From the human T2T-CHM13v2.0 reference genome, Homo sapiens, in assembly GCF_009914755.1 (NCBI RefSeq), contig NC_060933.1: DNA of 64,000 nucleotides; one strand, given 5' to 3'. The translations under genes were made by a program, and so were the position numbers. The stretch's first letter is position 1; each line of letters opens with the position of its first letter. This document shows, one piece after another, positions 1 to 16,557 of this stretch. The notes below the pieces were generated by a model that saw only the letters and a list, made by a program, of their open reading frames with translations, did not search any database and was not told where the DNA came from.

Positions 1-311
1 AAAAAACCCAACTCCTAAGATTACAAAAAGCAGTAAATATCTATTACAGAACAGAAGAAAATAAAAATCACCTTTAATCCAGCACCCACCAATAAGCTCT
101 GGGATCACTGGGGGGTTATTTCCAGCCCTTCCCCTTCTTTTCTTTAAGTTTTTGAAAATTCTAAAATATTCTAAAGTAGAACAGAAAAGCATAGAAAATA
201 ATATTGCAGACACCCACCTCTCAGGTTGAACAAACCTTAACATTGCCATACCTGCCTCTCTTCTCTTTTCTTTCTATCTTTCTTAGAAATAGAAATGATT
301 CAGGTCCAGAA

Positions 312-638
312 GGAGTCAGGACAGTGTGGTCTACTGGCCAAACCCAGCCCCTCATCTGTTTCTGTATGACTTGTGAGCCAAGAATAGTTTTTACATTTTT
401 AAAGGGTTGGAACAAAAAGTCAGAAGAAGGAGAACATAGGGAGTTATATGAAATTCAAATTTCAATGCCCATAAATAAAGTTTTATTGGAACACAGCCAT
501 GTTCATTCATTTGTGTATTGTCTATAGCTGCTTTCACGCTACAATGGCAGAGTTGAATAGCTGAGACAGAGACCATATGGACTTGTAAGCCTGAAATATT
601 TGCTATCTGGCCTTTTATGGAAAGTTTGCTGACGCCCA
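312..638 (+). mobile_element. MER58B-like hAT-Charlie DNA transposon relic
   Basis: Diagnostic ataaataaagttttattggaacacagccat...gcctgaaatatttgctatctggccttt...gtttgctgac matches recalled MER58 consensus. Confidence 0.8.
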
Positions 639-2089
639 AGATACAGCTAAAGCCACCTACTCTCTCTCCAGGCATAACTGGCCACCTAAAGGTGGTGGGT
701 ATCCTGCCTACATGTGCTTTCTGCTTTTACATAGAAGCCTATGCTTCCAAGTGTGTCGAATTGCATTGTGTGTTTAAAAATGGATATGGTGAAATTGCAC
801 ATGGCAGAGAGGAGCAAACACATATGGACACCCTGAGACCTCCTTAGTTTCCTGAACTCCAGCAGCACAGAGTAAATGCCAGCTCTCTGCCAGCCCTGGA
901 ATGGGCCCTGCAGATGCAGAGAAAAGAATCGTGGGAAGAAAACTCCAGAAGAAAAAATGGGGAAAGTGACACTGCTGACTCAAATTACTAGAAATCCTCA
1001 GAAAGTAAAAAAGGAAAAAGAAACTCAGGGTTGAGAGAAGACTTTGGGCCGGTGAAATCATCCTTGGAGTGTTCAGGAAATCCAGAGATTTTTGGAAGGC
1101 TGGGAATTCTTTGGAAGTGAGGCGTGTCTGGAGATAAGGAATAGGAAGCATGGGCTGTCAAAAGCAATTGTTAGGGAGCTCAAGTAGAGAAGCAAAAGGA
1201 AAACCTGGGGACAAGGTCGACAGATGCTGAAAACCTTGTAGGATTTATACTAGGCTACACCAGACTATTAACGCGGCCAACCAGAGACCAACAAGGGAGC
1301 AAACCCTTGCACTGTCCTTGCGGAAGGGCCCTACCCAGCATCCTGGGATGTAACTGGGAAGGATGTGTCTCATTAGCACCTCTGCCCCACCTCTGGAATA
1401 CCAGCTCCAAGCCAAACACGTCCCCTCTGAGGAGCTGCTGTGCCCTGCCCCCGAGTGCTCTATGTTGAGGATCCTCCGGGCAGGAATGGTGGGCTGGATG
1501 CTGAGCCCTCTACAGTTGTCCCCATGTCCCTCTCCCACCAGACTCCACTCCCCAGCAGCAGTGGGCAACCTCCTCTGATTCTGAACCACCTCCTGAGCTT
1601 AGAGACCATTGGAACTCGATCCCAGTTCCCTTTAGGAGACAGCAGGCTATCATAGTTCCATGGCCTCAGGACACTGTACCTGTACCACCTCCAAACTCAA
1701 CATCATAAAACCAAAACGTGAAATCAACATCCCTCATCTCTTTCTGCCAGGTAGCTGGGACTGAGCTGGGCCCTGGGGACATAGAGAGAGGCCAAGGGCC
1801 AGGCGCGAACTCAGCTTCCTGAGTCACTTGGGAGCACTGTCTTCTCACTCATCTCTGCACAGTGCCATTCCTTTCCCACATTGGGGCAACCCTTAGATTC
1901 AGAGATATCCGGGCTTGAATCCTGTTTTCAACGTTTCCTAGCTGTGTGGTCATGGTTTGAACTTCAGTTTCCTCCGATTAAAGGTGGAGCTGATGTTTCT
2001 TAATTCAGGAGTCGATTTTAGGATAAAAATACAAATACGTGGCACAGTCATTATCTCTCTTAGATCTGTTTCTCCACATTTCCTGGTGA

Positions 2090-2630
2090 TCCATTTTTAT
2101 TACATAGAGACAACTAGTTGTTTTTTAGAACTATTTGTTGAAAAACATATCTTTTCCAGCATCAATTTACCTCGGCACTGTTTTTGAAAATCAATTGCCC
2201 ATGTATGTATGGGTCTATTTCTAGACTCTATTCTGTTCCATTGATCTGTATGTCTATCCTTATGCTAATACTACACTGTTTTGTAAATTAGCTATGTTTC
2301 AAGATCAAAGTACTTCTTGAGACCAGGTAATGTAAGTCCCCCAACCTGTTTCTTCTTTCTCAACTTTGTTTGGCTGTCTAGGTCCTTTGGTTTGCCATCT
2401 AAATTTAAAATTCATCTTGTCAGTGTCCTCAAAATTTTTATTTTGGATTTTGATTGGGATTACGTTGACTCTATGGATCAGTTTGGGGAGAAATGTCAAC
2501 TAAGCAGTACTGAGTTTTCCAAGCCTTGAATGTAGTATATCTCTTTATTTAGATCCTTAATGTCTCTCAGCAGAGTTTCTGAGTTATTAGTCTCTTATGT
2601 GTTAAATTTATTAAGTATATTTTGGTGCTC
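2090..2630 (-). mobile_element. Old L1M fragment (ORF2 C-terminal region)
   Basis: Minus-strand ORF 2305..2499 LPKLIHRVNVIPIKIQ...DKMNFKFRWQTKGPR resembles L1 ORF2p LPKVIYRFNAIPIKLP...LKFIWNQKRAR. Degenerate. Confidence 0.85.
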
Positions 2631-2634
2631 TTGG

Positions 2635-2790
2635 CTAATCACTGAAGTGGCTGAGATTTTACTTTACTTGCAGCTAACAAGTTAAACAAGTAGTTTCATG
2701 AGTGCTGGCGGAAGACACGAGACCCCTGGGTCAGAGACAAAGGACTCTATGATCCATGGCGTAGCAGATGGAATAAGCTTCAGGTTTATA
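2635..2790 (-). mobile_element. ERVL-type LTR fragment (LTR40-like 3' end)
   Basis: cttgcagctaacaagtt...gaagacacgagacccctgggtcagagacaaaggac resembles the reverse complement of the recalled LTR40 end. Confidence 0.45.
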
Positions 2791-2826
2791 TCAGTTCCCC
2801 TTCCCGCTAACTTCCTAGTGCTATTG

Positions 2827-2892
2827 TAGAACATAAAATCATCTATGCTAGAACATAAAATCATGATCTATTCTAGAACATAAAATGATCTT
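2827..2892. repeat. Imperfect 3-copy tandem repeat, core TAGAACATAAAAT (periods 22 and 25 bp)
   Basis: Core read at 2827, 2849 and 2874. Confidence 0.9.
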
Positions 2893-3227
2893 CTTTGTAG
2901 CTTTCCCAAATTATAACCTCATGTCCCCTACAGGATCTTATATACAGTCTGAGTCAACTGTTCTAGAGGCTAAAAATTACACAAAGGACTGAAATTCAGT
3001 TTTGCTTTAGTATCAAATCATTAAATTAGAACTTTGGAGATAAGTTAAAATTTGACTTCCAAGTTGTCAAATACAGAAAGGTAAAGAAAGTTTCAAAATT
3101 ATATGGAAAAGCCAGTATGTACACACTTAAAACCTTATGCCTGTTTATATTTGTTAGAAAAAATAAGCCTGTTATTTCATATAGCCATGTTGTTCTAATT
3201 TAATAATATAGATTTCAAATAAACATG

Positions 3228-3372
3228 GGTTGGACATGGTGGCTCATGCTTGTAATCCCAGCACTTTGGAAGGCCAAGGCTGGAAGGAGGATTGCTGGAG
3301 GCCAGGAGTCGGAGACCACCCTGGCCAACATAGTGAGACCCCGTCTCTAATGAAAATAAATAAAGAAAAGAA
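3228..3372 (+). mobile_element. Free left Alu monomer (FLAM/AluJ-like)
   Basis: ggtggctcatgcttgtaatcccagcactttgg...gagaccccgtctct plus A-rich tail. No right arm. Confidence 0.85.
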
Positions 3373-3941
3373 CAAAAGTGCAGAACATTACTAAGGTGGA
3401 AATTTGGGGGGAAAATAGTTTACAGTTAATGAATGAAATGAAAAATAAGATGAATTAAATAATACATGTGGATATTTAGGTTTTGATAATCATGGTTCCC
3501 TCTGGAGTGCTATAATTAGAATTTATATACCCTAAAGAAGTATTACTGATGTACTTAGTACCTATACTAAAGGTAAAATACACAGAGTGTGGAGTGACTG
3601 TATGAAAGGATAACATGTGTACAGATGTGAAAACATCTCCAAGCTATATTATGAAAGAAGCAACCAAGGTATCCTATATTTTTGTGGTTTTCAAGCTCTA
3701 TCGCATATGTCTTTTGATAAAAGGTGCATTATGGAGAAAGAGCAAAGCTTACCTTATATGGGAATAAGTGTGGTATTTCTAAAAGGAAGCTCTTCTCTTT
3801 TATTAAGCCATTTGTAGATTTGAAAGAGGAGAGATGGGAGCCCTTGAAATTCCATAGTCCTGAATCAGACGATGATCTGAACCTGTATCTCTCTATCTTT
3901 ACTTTAATGTAACTAGAATATGTTGAGCCTGGATCCATGGA

Positions 3942-4409
3942 TGTATTAGTGCCTGTGGCTGCTGTAACAAATTACCACAAACTTGTAACTCAAAGCAACA
4001 GAAAGCTATTGTCTTACAGTTCTGGGGGACAGAAGTCTGAAATCATTTTCGCTGGGCTAAAATCAAGGTGTCAGCAGGGCTGTATTCCTTCTTGAGGCTC
4101 TGGAGAAGAATCCATTTCCTTGCTTTTGCCAGCTTCTGGAAGTTGCCTGGTTCCTTGTCTCATAGCCCCATGTCACTCCCACCTCTGCTTCCATCATCGC
4201 ATTGCTTTCTCTGACCTGCCTATCTCCTTCTTGTAAAGACCCTTGTGATTATTTTAGGCCCACCCAGGTAATCCAAGATAATCTCCTCATCTCGACATCC
4301 TTAAATTAATCACATCTGCAAAGTCCCTTTTGCCATAGAAGGTGACATATCACAGGTTCTAGGGATTAGGACGCATGGTTCCTTGGGGAACATTATTCTG
4401 CGTAGCACA
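3942..4409 (-). mobile_element. MLT1D-like MaLR solo LTR
   Basis: TG...CA ends. Reverse complement reads tgtg...cagaataatg...ggcaaaagggactttgcagatgtgattaa...gagattatc, the MLT1C/D signature. Confidence 0.85.
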
Positions 4410-4502
4410 GGTGGGTAAGGTTTAGTAACCTCCAAGCAACACCTCTCCTCCCTGTCCCAGAGAGGCGTGCCTAAAGGCTGAGCTAGAAAAAGTGTGCAGT
4501 GG

Positions 4503-4775
4503 TATGTTCTCAATCATAAGTGAGAGTTGAACAATGAGAACATGTGGACACAGGGAGGGGAAGATCACAGGGAGGGGAAGATCACACGCCGGGGCCTGTC
4601 GGCGGGTTGGGGGGCCAGGGGAGGGAGAGCATGAGGACAAATACCTAATGCATGTGGGGCTTAAAACCTAGACGACAGGTTGATGGGTGCAGCAAACCAC
4701 CATGTCACATGTATACCTATGTAACAAACCTGCACGTTCTGCACATGTATCCCAGAACTAAAAGTAAAATTAAAA
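4503..4775 (+). mobile_element. 5'-truncated L1PA (L1PA8-like) 3' UTR with perfect 18-bp TSD
   Basis: ...gtatacctatgtaacaaacctgcacgttctgcacatgtatcccagaact plus A-rich tail. TSD AGAAAAAGTGTGCAGTGG at 4485-4502 and 4776-4793. Confidence 0.92.
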
Positions 4776-4872
4776 AGAAAAAGTGTGCAGTGGGAGCCAG
4801 GAGAGCTGCCAATTTATCAATGCATTATTTTAGCAAACTCTTTATTTGGCTTCATCCCCTATCCCCAGCCCC

Positions 4873-4873
<1 letters not shown>

Positions 4874-4906
<33 letters not shown>
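4874..4906. repeat. (CA)n microsatellite, about 16 units
   Basis: Read directly. Confidence 0.95.
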
Positions 4907-4907
<1 letters not shown>

Positions 4908-4977
4908 CACTCTTAAATAGACGTACACAGAGGCATAAGCTGGACAGCTCTTCGTCTGGAAAGTTCTAACAATCTGA

Positions 4978-5320
<343 letters not shown>

Positions 5321-5448
5321 TGCATGGTGTTTTTTACCTTTGGCTTCCTGCTCAGTTCACCTGGCCCCTCCCTCGGGGAGCACTAGCCAGTTCACTTTCC
5401 ACGTGGGAGCTATGTTTCCCCACCCACAGGTATGTTCCTGATTCCTGA

Positions 5449-6167
<719 letters not shown>

Positions 6168-6186
6168 CCATTTGAGCTGTTGTTGA

Positions 6187-6525
6187 TTTTTTTTTTTTTT
6201 GAGATGGAGTCTTGCTTTGTCGCTAGGCTGTAGTGCAGTGGCACGATCTCCACTCACTGCAACCTCTGCCTCCCGGGTTCAAGTGGCACGATCTCCACTC
6301 ACTGCAACCTCTGCCTCCCGGGTTCAAGTGATTCTCCTGCCTCAGCCTCCCAAGTGGCTAGGATGACACGCATGCATTACCACACCTGGCTAAATTTTTA
6401 ACTTTTCTTAGAGATGGTGGTCTCGCTGTGTTACCCAGGCTGGTCTTGAACTCCTGGCCTCAAGCAGCCTTCCTGCCTCGGCCTCCCAAAGTGCTGGGAT
6501 TACAGGTGTGAGCCACTGCACCCAG
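6187..6525 (-). mobile_element. Alu with internal 45-bp tandem duplication
   Basis: Antisense dimer. TSD gctgttg(t/g)... at 6176 and 6526 (15 bp, one mismatch). Confidence 0.92.
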
Positions 6526-6875
6526 GCTGTTGTGGATTTTAATTTGTTTTGTTTTGTTTTCTGATTTTGTATTTTCTCTTCCTTCTATTCTTTTCTCTTC
6601 AGATGTATTCATCGAGTACAATTTGTGCTGAGTCATATCACCTATTTATATTTTAATTTTACTATTAGTTTTGGGAAGTCTTAATTATTTTTCATTCAGG
6701 AAATTGTACAGTCATCTGTTTCCATTCATAGCCCGTCCCCTTCTCCAAAGAGAACGTCTGATAACAAGTTTTTGGCTACTGTGTAATATGATATTTTTCT
6801 ATGTAAGTGCATGCACATGTAAACAAAGTAAAACATCATATTAATCACATAGACAGCAAGTGTATTTCAGCTTAA

Positions 6876-7220
<345 letters not shown>

Positions 7221-7339
7221 AGCCTTACTTTTTATTTTGAAATAATTATAGATTGACAAGCAATTGCAAAACCAGTACAGAGAAGTCCCAAGAACCCAGT
7301 TTTCTCTGATGGTTGCATCTTACATAACTATAGGACGGA

Positions 7340-7895
7340 TCCTCCAGCTGCAGTTGCCCTCTAGCCAAAGACCCACCAAGAGTACACCTCTAGTTGAATA
7401 AGTTGCATTTATTACTCATTGCAGTGAGGGAGAGCACGCACCATGGGGCATCTCAGAAAGTGTGTGTTAGGAAGAACCTAGTATAGGATTTGGGTTTTGG
7501 TTGGGTGACTTGGGGGAGGTCGAAGGGAGTGGGATTCACACTAGATGAATTGCATCTGCTGTCAGAAGGCAGAGGCAAGTCTATAACTGTGTAGCTTGAG
7601 TCCTATCTCTAGGGAGAGGAGGCTGGCATTGGGGGCTAAAGCTGTGACTGGTAAAGTAGCAGCAGTCACTGCTTTCAGCCAAGAGAGGGTGATGATTGGT
7701 ATTTTGTGGGTGGCACAGTGACCTTGTCTTTATGGGTTACTTCAACAAAAATTAGGTAGTGACCTTGTTTTGTCTCACTTCATCATGGCCTCAGAGTAAC
7801 CTTGTCTGAGGTTGTGTCTTTTGCGATTATGTCTAAAAGGAGAATAACGTGGTATAGCCGTGAATGCCAAGCCAGCTTCCCGATGTCAGGGGCTT
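7340..7895. mobile_element. Probable ERV(L) LTR, family unresolved
   Basis: About 550-bp block interrupting the L1 fragment, with LTR-like tttattactcattgcagtgagggagagcac motif. Confidence 0.45.
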
Positions 7896-8280
7896 TTATT
7901 CCAGATCTTTCGTGTACATTGGTACCATGCCTGCGTATAGTTCTCTGCCATTTCATCATGTATGTAGATTTGAGTAACCACCACTGCAATCAGCATCCAG
8001 GACTATTCCATCACCACGAAGATGTCGCTTGTGCTCCCCCTTTAACATCACATCCACCTGCCTGCCCCACCACCATCCCTAACCCCTGGCAACCACTAAT
8101 CCGTTTTCCATCTCTATTGCTTTATCCCTTTGAGAATGCCACGTACATGGAATCATACACTATGTGACCTTTTGATACTGGCTTTCCTCGCTCAGCATAA
8201 TGCCCAGGAGATCCATCCAAGTTGTCGTGTGTATCAATAGTGTGTTTCTTTTTTAGGGCTAAGTAGTATTCCATACTGTG

Positions 8281-9515
<1,235 letters not shown>

Positions 9516-9629
9516 CATTCTGGATGTAACACAGTTTGTTTAACCATTCATCTATAGAAGGATGTTTGGTTGTTTCCAGTTTTGGGGCTATTAAAAATAA
9601 AGGTGCTGTGAACATTCTTGTAAAAAAAA

Positions 9630-10205
9630 ATGGTATATAAGTGGATTACACACCATTTCCTTTTGCAACTGATTTTTTTCACTCGACATCATATTTCTGA
9701 GTTGTATTCATGTTGATCTCTATAGCTCTAGGTCCTTTGTAGTGCCATTGTGTTCCATGTGAATAGTGTCCTCCCTTCCTTGCTGTGTAATGTTCTATTG
9801 AATGACTGTTCCCCTATTGGTGGACATTTAGGTTGCTTCTAACTTTTTGCTGCTACAAAGAGTGCTGCGGTCAGTATCTTTGTGCAGATCTCCACGTGTG
9901 CAGGATGAAGCAGTTTTCTTGACTGGATGAGTAGGAGGGAAGGTTCTGGCCCTAGCACATATGTGTTGTCGGTTCCTACTGGCTATTGTGTAATTGTTCT
10001 TCAAGCCCTTTTCACTCCATCAGCAGTGATGAAAGTGTTCTGTGCATCTCTGCCAACATTTGGAGTCGCAGTTCTTTTTAATTTCTAGACTGGTTTCTTT
10101 TTCATTTCTTTTACTTAGTTTCTTTTAAATTCTGGACTGGTCTAGGACCTTTCCAAAAGGTATGAAATGGCATCTGAGACTTTTAATTTGCATTTTCCCG
10201 ATCAC
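9630..10205 (-). mobile_element. Ancient L1ME-like fragment
   Basis: tggacatttaggttgcttctaactttttgc..., ttttaatttgcattttccc are typical L1ME 3' motifs. Confidence 0.65.
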
Positions 10206-10398
10206 TGCCGAGGACACAGGGACACCCCAGTCCAGCACCTCCTTGTTCTACACTCTTGCTGACTTCTTTTCTCCTGACGTTAGCGTTAAGAGGTTGCTGC
10301 CTCTACCTGCCTTTAAGTATTAAGATCTGGGCGATGCAACCCGACAACTGAAATTTGGTGTCTTGTCTGAAATTACAGGATGTTCCTCAGGCCGCCGT

Positions 10399-10455
10399 GT
10401 TTCCATGGGAACAAGTAACAGTCATCCTTCATGATTAGGTGGTAACCATGGCAAC
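10399..10455. promoter_or_regulatory. Pair of RFX X-box motifs
   Basis: GTTTCCATGGGAAC (10399-10412) and GTAACCATGGCAAC (10442-10455) in apparently unique sequence. Confidence 0.55.
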
Positions 10456-11438
10456 CAAGCCAGCAGCATTTGAATGAAACTGATTTTATTTTATTTATTT
10501 TTTGCAAACACATGAAGGTTAAAATGCATTTCTCCAGCTGTGGCTTCCAAGAATAGGAAGACAGCCTGGTAAATGGAGACCCTTTCCACCTCCTAGAGGA
10601 AAGGGGATCCAGGATCAGCTGGTCCCATGGCCTAATTTTGCAGACTAGGTGACCGAGAGGTCACATAGAAGTCATGCAATGAGTTTGAGCCGAGGAGGAA
10701 AGACTGCTGGATCATGCTCGAAGGTCTGGGGCGCACTCTTAAGAGATCGGCTGGGTCTCCCTTCCCGTGATCTAACCCTAGGAATGCCACTTTCATACTG
10801 TGTGATCTTAGCAGATTCACTTCACCTCTCTGGGTTTCTACTGGCACCAGCTGTGGTGCTAGACCTATGGGACCATGAGGCCAGGCCTCCCAGTGTCTGT
10901 TTGCCCAAATTAGAAAAGATTTGCTGCAAAATGAAAGGCCAAAGGCAGCATGCTGGGGCCTAGGACCCCGAGGCTGAATCCCCAGGGTCCAGAGTTAGAA
11001 CTCAGGGTCAGTTCCCTGCCTTCTTTTCCTGTGTAAAATAATAGAGGGTGTGTGTGTGTTTTTACTTGGTTCCAAGGACTGGAGATGACCACTGCTCTTA
11101 CTCCCTGACTCATTGGATTGATGAAATCAGCTCAGAGAGAGAAAGGGGCAGCCATGGAGTCACACAGCAGAGTCAGGGTTGAATCCAGGCTCCTGGTGTC
11201 AGCTTGGCTCCTCACCCAACCCCATGCTCCATGTCCCCTCCATCTTCTCTGGGGCTGGAAGTGTGGGTTTGGGGGCAGTTTAAGGGACTTTCGGCATATA
11301 CTCTTGCTTCTTCCCTGGAGGACTTTTAGAGGTAGTCACTTTTGCTTCTCAGAACTTCAGTTTCTCCATCTGGAAAATGGAACTCACTATAGAGCTGCCC
11401 AGGTTGTCCTGTGGGATTACATTTGAAAGGGTCCAGAA

Positions 11439-11663
11439 CATGCATTCTCAGCAGGGGCGAGATTGCCCCTAAGTGGGCAAAAAGTTGGTTCTTGGGCTAG
11501 AAGATGAAAAAAAACCTTTCTGTACAAAGCCCAGTATACACACAGTACATAAAAGATACTGTATGTCTGTGATATTAAAATTTTATGGAGGGGAAATTAG
11601 GAAAAAAGTGTCTAAGAAGACTTTTAAGGGAGAGCGACAATGAAAAAACATTGAGAAACGTGG
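11439..11663. mobile_element. hAT-Charlie class MITE (MER-type)
   Basis: Degenerate TIRs (ttctca...tgagaa) and flanking direct repeat GGTCCAGAA at 11430 and 11663, consistent with an 8-bp hAT TSD. Confidence 0.7.
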
Positions 11664-11913
11664 GTCCAGAACCCAGCGATCCATGTCTTCATTAACTTTG
11701 TGTTTAGAGCTTACGGCAGGTGGCTGGCTCCGTGGGGAAGGTGTGTGGGGTGTCAGGTCAGGAGAGAGCCTGGCCTGGCCCAGACTCTGCCCTCGATGTT
11801 CAGTGTGACCACGGGCACATCACAGCTCCTCTCAGGGCCTGGTTTCCCCATCTGTGGGTAAAGGAGGTCCCATCAGCTCCATGGGTGACTCCCAGGCAGT
11901 TGAGCTCCCACCT

Positions 11914-12350
11914 GGTGGATCAGTTCAGGGTCTGGAGAAAAGCAGGTGGTGCCTCAGACTATGGTGATTAGAGGAGCGTTTAATAGAGGGGCTGCTTATG
12001 AAGGCGTGGGCAGGCCTCGGGAACCACGGGGCAGTGCAGGACCCCAAAGCTAGGGACAGCGGGGGCTGCTTCCCTGAGGCCCCATGGAGGAGGGGAGAGC
12101 GTGGTTGCTGGGAGGCAAAGGTCCAGAAGATAGGGTCATCCCGATGGTGGCTGGGACCTTCCGTGGAGGAGGCAGGCAGCCCAGATGACTCTCCCTCCTC
12201 CCCTCATCTCTTGCCAGGGTTCCTCTTTGGCCAAACCACATGGAAGTTGAGGGTCTAGAAGCTCAGATCATAAAGTCTATACAGGCCAGTGCCCTGGAGC
12301 AGAAGGCAGTGCACAGAGACGTGGAGAATGGAACTAGGGGCCACACAGGA
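11914..12350 (-). mobile_element. LTR33-like ERVL LTR relic
   Basis: cagggtctggagaaaagcaggtggtgcctcaga...gaggagcgtttaatagagggg...aaggcgtgggcagg resembles recalled LTR33. Right boundary uncertain. Confidence 0.4.
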
Positions 12351-12862
12351 GATACCTGGGAAGGTGCCCCAGGTTTCCCTCCAGTTTCGTATGGAGTGCA
12401 GGCCTTGCCCTGGGTGTGGGCTGGGAGACTGGAGAGGTCAGGGAGGAGAGCCAGCCGCCCTGTGCAGGAGGGAGAGTGGGCCCCTATCCTCCGGCCACCT
12501 GGGATCCTTGCGGCCTTCCTAGCTTCTCAGGTGGAGGGGTGTAGCCAGGGCTTCTGAATGGAAGTTAAAGACTTCTGGGAGCACTCTTTGCTATAGACCT
12601 GTTGTTGAGGGATCACACACACATTTCTTTGCTTCTGGTCTCAGCTTCATCATCTGTCGAATGGGAGATTGGACCAAGCAACCTCTGAGAGCTTCCTGGC
12701 CCAGACCCAGGAGGCAAGAGGCAGGATTCTGGGCATCAGTGTTGGTCTCAGTGGAAAGACATCCTCACCGGGCACCCAGTGTTCTACCAGGGCACTCCAT
12801 GCACCTCTTGCCTGGAGTGGTGAGGGCCCACCTACCCAGGAAAGTGTAAAGCTGTGGCCAGG

Positions 12863-12904
12863 GTGGTGTGTGTGTGTGTGTGTGGTGTGTGTGTGTGTAT
12901 GTGT
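12863..12904. repeat. Interrupted (TG)n microsatellite
   Basis: Read directly. Confidence 0.9.
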
Positions 12905-14621
12905 CAGGAGAGGGAGGGTAGTTCCTGGAAGCTCCAGCTGCTTTTGTCCTGGTGATCCCAAGACCCCTGTGGGGCAGCCTGACTCTGCCAACCAGGTTCC
13001 ATAACTGCAGTGGGTACCCCGTGTTTGTTGGTTTGATGGAGGCATCTTGACTAAGCACTGCAGGGTGCCTGGCTCTGGGTGGGGGTGGGAAACAGACAAC
13101 CCATCTTCCTGCTGAGTCGCCAAGTAGCAAGTCTGCAGGGCTGACTGATGTGCGGGGTTGTGAGTCATCCTTCCTAAAGTGATCTGGGCGCCCCCAGCAT
13201 TGCCCCAGAGCTCAAAGGATGACAGTTCCCGCAGGAGGCCATTCCAGGGAAGAGAATTCTAGGGAGGGGGAGAGCATAGGTAAAGGTGTGGAGGTGGGAC
13301 ATTCCTGCATCGTGGCAGGTACAGCAAAGAGGGTTAGCAAGAACAGAAGCCAGAGAGTGTGTGAGGTAGAATGGCTTTCGGTGCCAAGGTGAGGAGTCCC
13401 TTCTTTCTGAGGGCATTGAGGGCATTAGAAGCAGTCGGGCTTAGGGTCCTGACTGTGCCTGGCACTGCCCATCTCCCACTTCTACCGCTTTCCCTAGAAA
13501 GGTGGCTGAACCCGGGGGTCTGCCTCTGGCTAAGGTTTGCATCCTGAGACTAAGCCCTGAGTACCTCCTATGCGTTGGCCCCTTGGCTGGGTGTTGGGAC
13601 CCATGGGACTTAAGGCTGAAGGAGCCATGGACTCGGTCCAGACACACTGGACCCTCATTCCTGTTGTGGTGCTCAGTAGCCCTGTGACCTTGGGCTGGTG
13701 ACTGCACCCTGAGCCTCAGCTTCTGCTCTGGTCATTGGTAGCTTGGCTGAGTATAGCAGATGGGACACAGGTTATGGGTGACAGCCTCCCAGAGGGAGGT
13801 GGCATGTGCTGTCACAGAGGACAGGAGGGTGCTCCAGGTGGGTGGTGCGAAGGGGTGAGAGATGAAGGCAGACAGGAAAGCATGGGAAGAATTTTCCTAG
13901 CAAAACCTCCAGAAAGAGTGGTTATCCCCTGACTGTGACTAGAGAGATTGTGGAGGAGGAGGTCCAAGGAAAGTTCTAAGCAGGAAGCACCGTGCGGGAA
14001 CAGCAAGGGCCTTAAGAGACGGCGCCAGGCTGAGGATGAGCCATGTGGGAAGGGAGCTTTTCTGGAAGAGGCGCCTGGGGCTGGATGGTCTGGACCTGGT
14101 GTCAATGCCTGCCCCAGGCCTGCCTGGAGGTCAGCGGGCCTGAACCAGTCTCAGGACAGCTTTGCCTGCTTGGCCATGAGCCAAGGCTCAGGATGAAGCC
14201 TGTGCTTCTGTGGACTCCTGTCCATGTGACTGTGTGGAGGGAATGGCCTGGAAAGCACACAGTGCCCCAGCATCCTGTTCTGCCTTCTGGAAAGCCTGCT
14301 CCTTGTGTGAACCCCATGTCATCTGTCCTGTGTGTGTGTGCGCACGTCCCCTGCTCAGTAGGTACCTGGGGTGGGTCTGGGAGTGTACACATTGGAGTAT
14401 CTGCATGAATATAAACATGCACATGTGTTTGTCTGGGCATTACCGTCTCACTCCACACCCCTGTGTGTTCACACCTACCAGGGAAACCTCTGCCCTGTCC
14501 TTCTTCTCCCTTGCGAGTCAACAGGTCTTTCCCAGGCACCCCCCACGCACCAGGCTCCATGCAGGGTGCTGGGGAGGTGGAGATGCAACCAGCTTAGGCG
14601 TAGGTGTTAGGAGTTCTGCAG

Positions 14622-14663
14622 ACGCACACACACACACACACTCACACACACACGCACACACAC
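14622..14663. repeat. Interrupted (CA)n microsatellite
   Basis: Read directly. Confidence 0.9.
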
Positions 14664-15164
14664 TGCAAATGAGAGCGTTGATAGGAGACTCAGGTCTAGT
14701 TATTGCTGTAGGAGCCAAAAGCGAGGCAAGAGCTGGAAGTAGAGGGGGTCACCCAGGACCTCCTCCAGGGCCTGCAGGATGGACCAGGCTGGGGAAGGGG
14801 AGCAGGAAGGGAGTCCTCTGTTGGGGGCCACCTCTGGAGCAATGGCAAAGAGGCAGCTGGTGCCACGCTGTTGTGGGGGAACCAGTGAGGAAAGTGGCCA
14901 GGTTGGCAGGTTGGACAGACTCAGGAGGTTTTATGTAGGTGTGCTAAGGCCATGACTAAAAGTTTTCAATGAGCTGTCACCATTTAAGAGTCAGAATACT
15001 TCATATTTTGAAAAACCCAGATTATCAGCCTCTCTTGAACCATGGCAGCTATGGCTGCCCTGAGCCCCTCCTTGTGATGTAGCAGTAACCAATTAGCGCC
15101 GAGTGGCTGGCTGCTTTCCTAGATTCTGGATTTCCTGCTGGCCTCTGTAGGCCTCCCAAGTTTA

Positions 15165-16557
<1,393 letters not shown>

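Noticed and set aside
14210-14938. 242-aa ORF; likewise 20537..21229 and 55944..56541
   Set aside because: No recognisable domain, partly microsatellite-derived, and no coherent exon structure.
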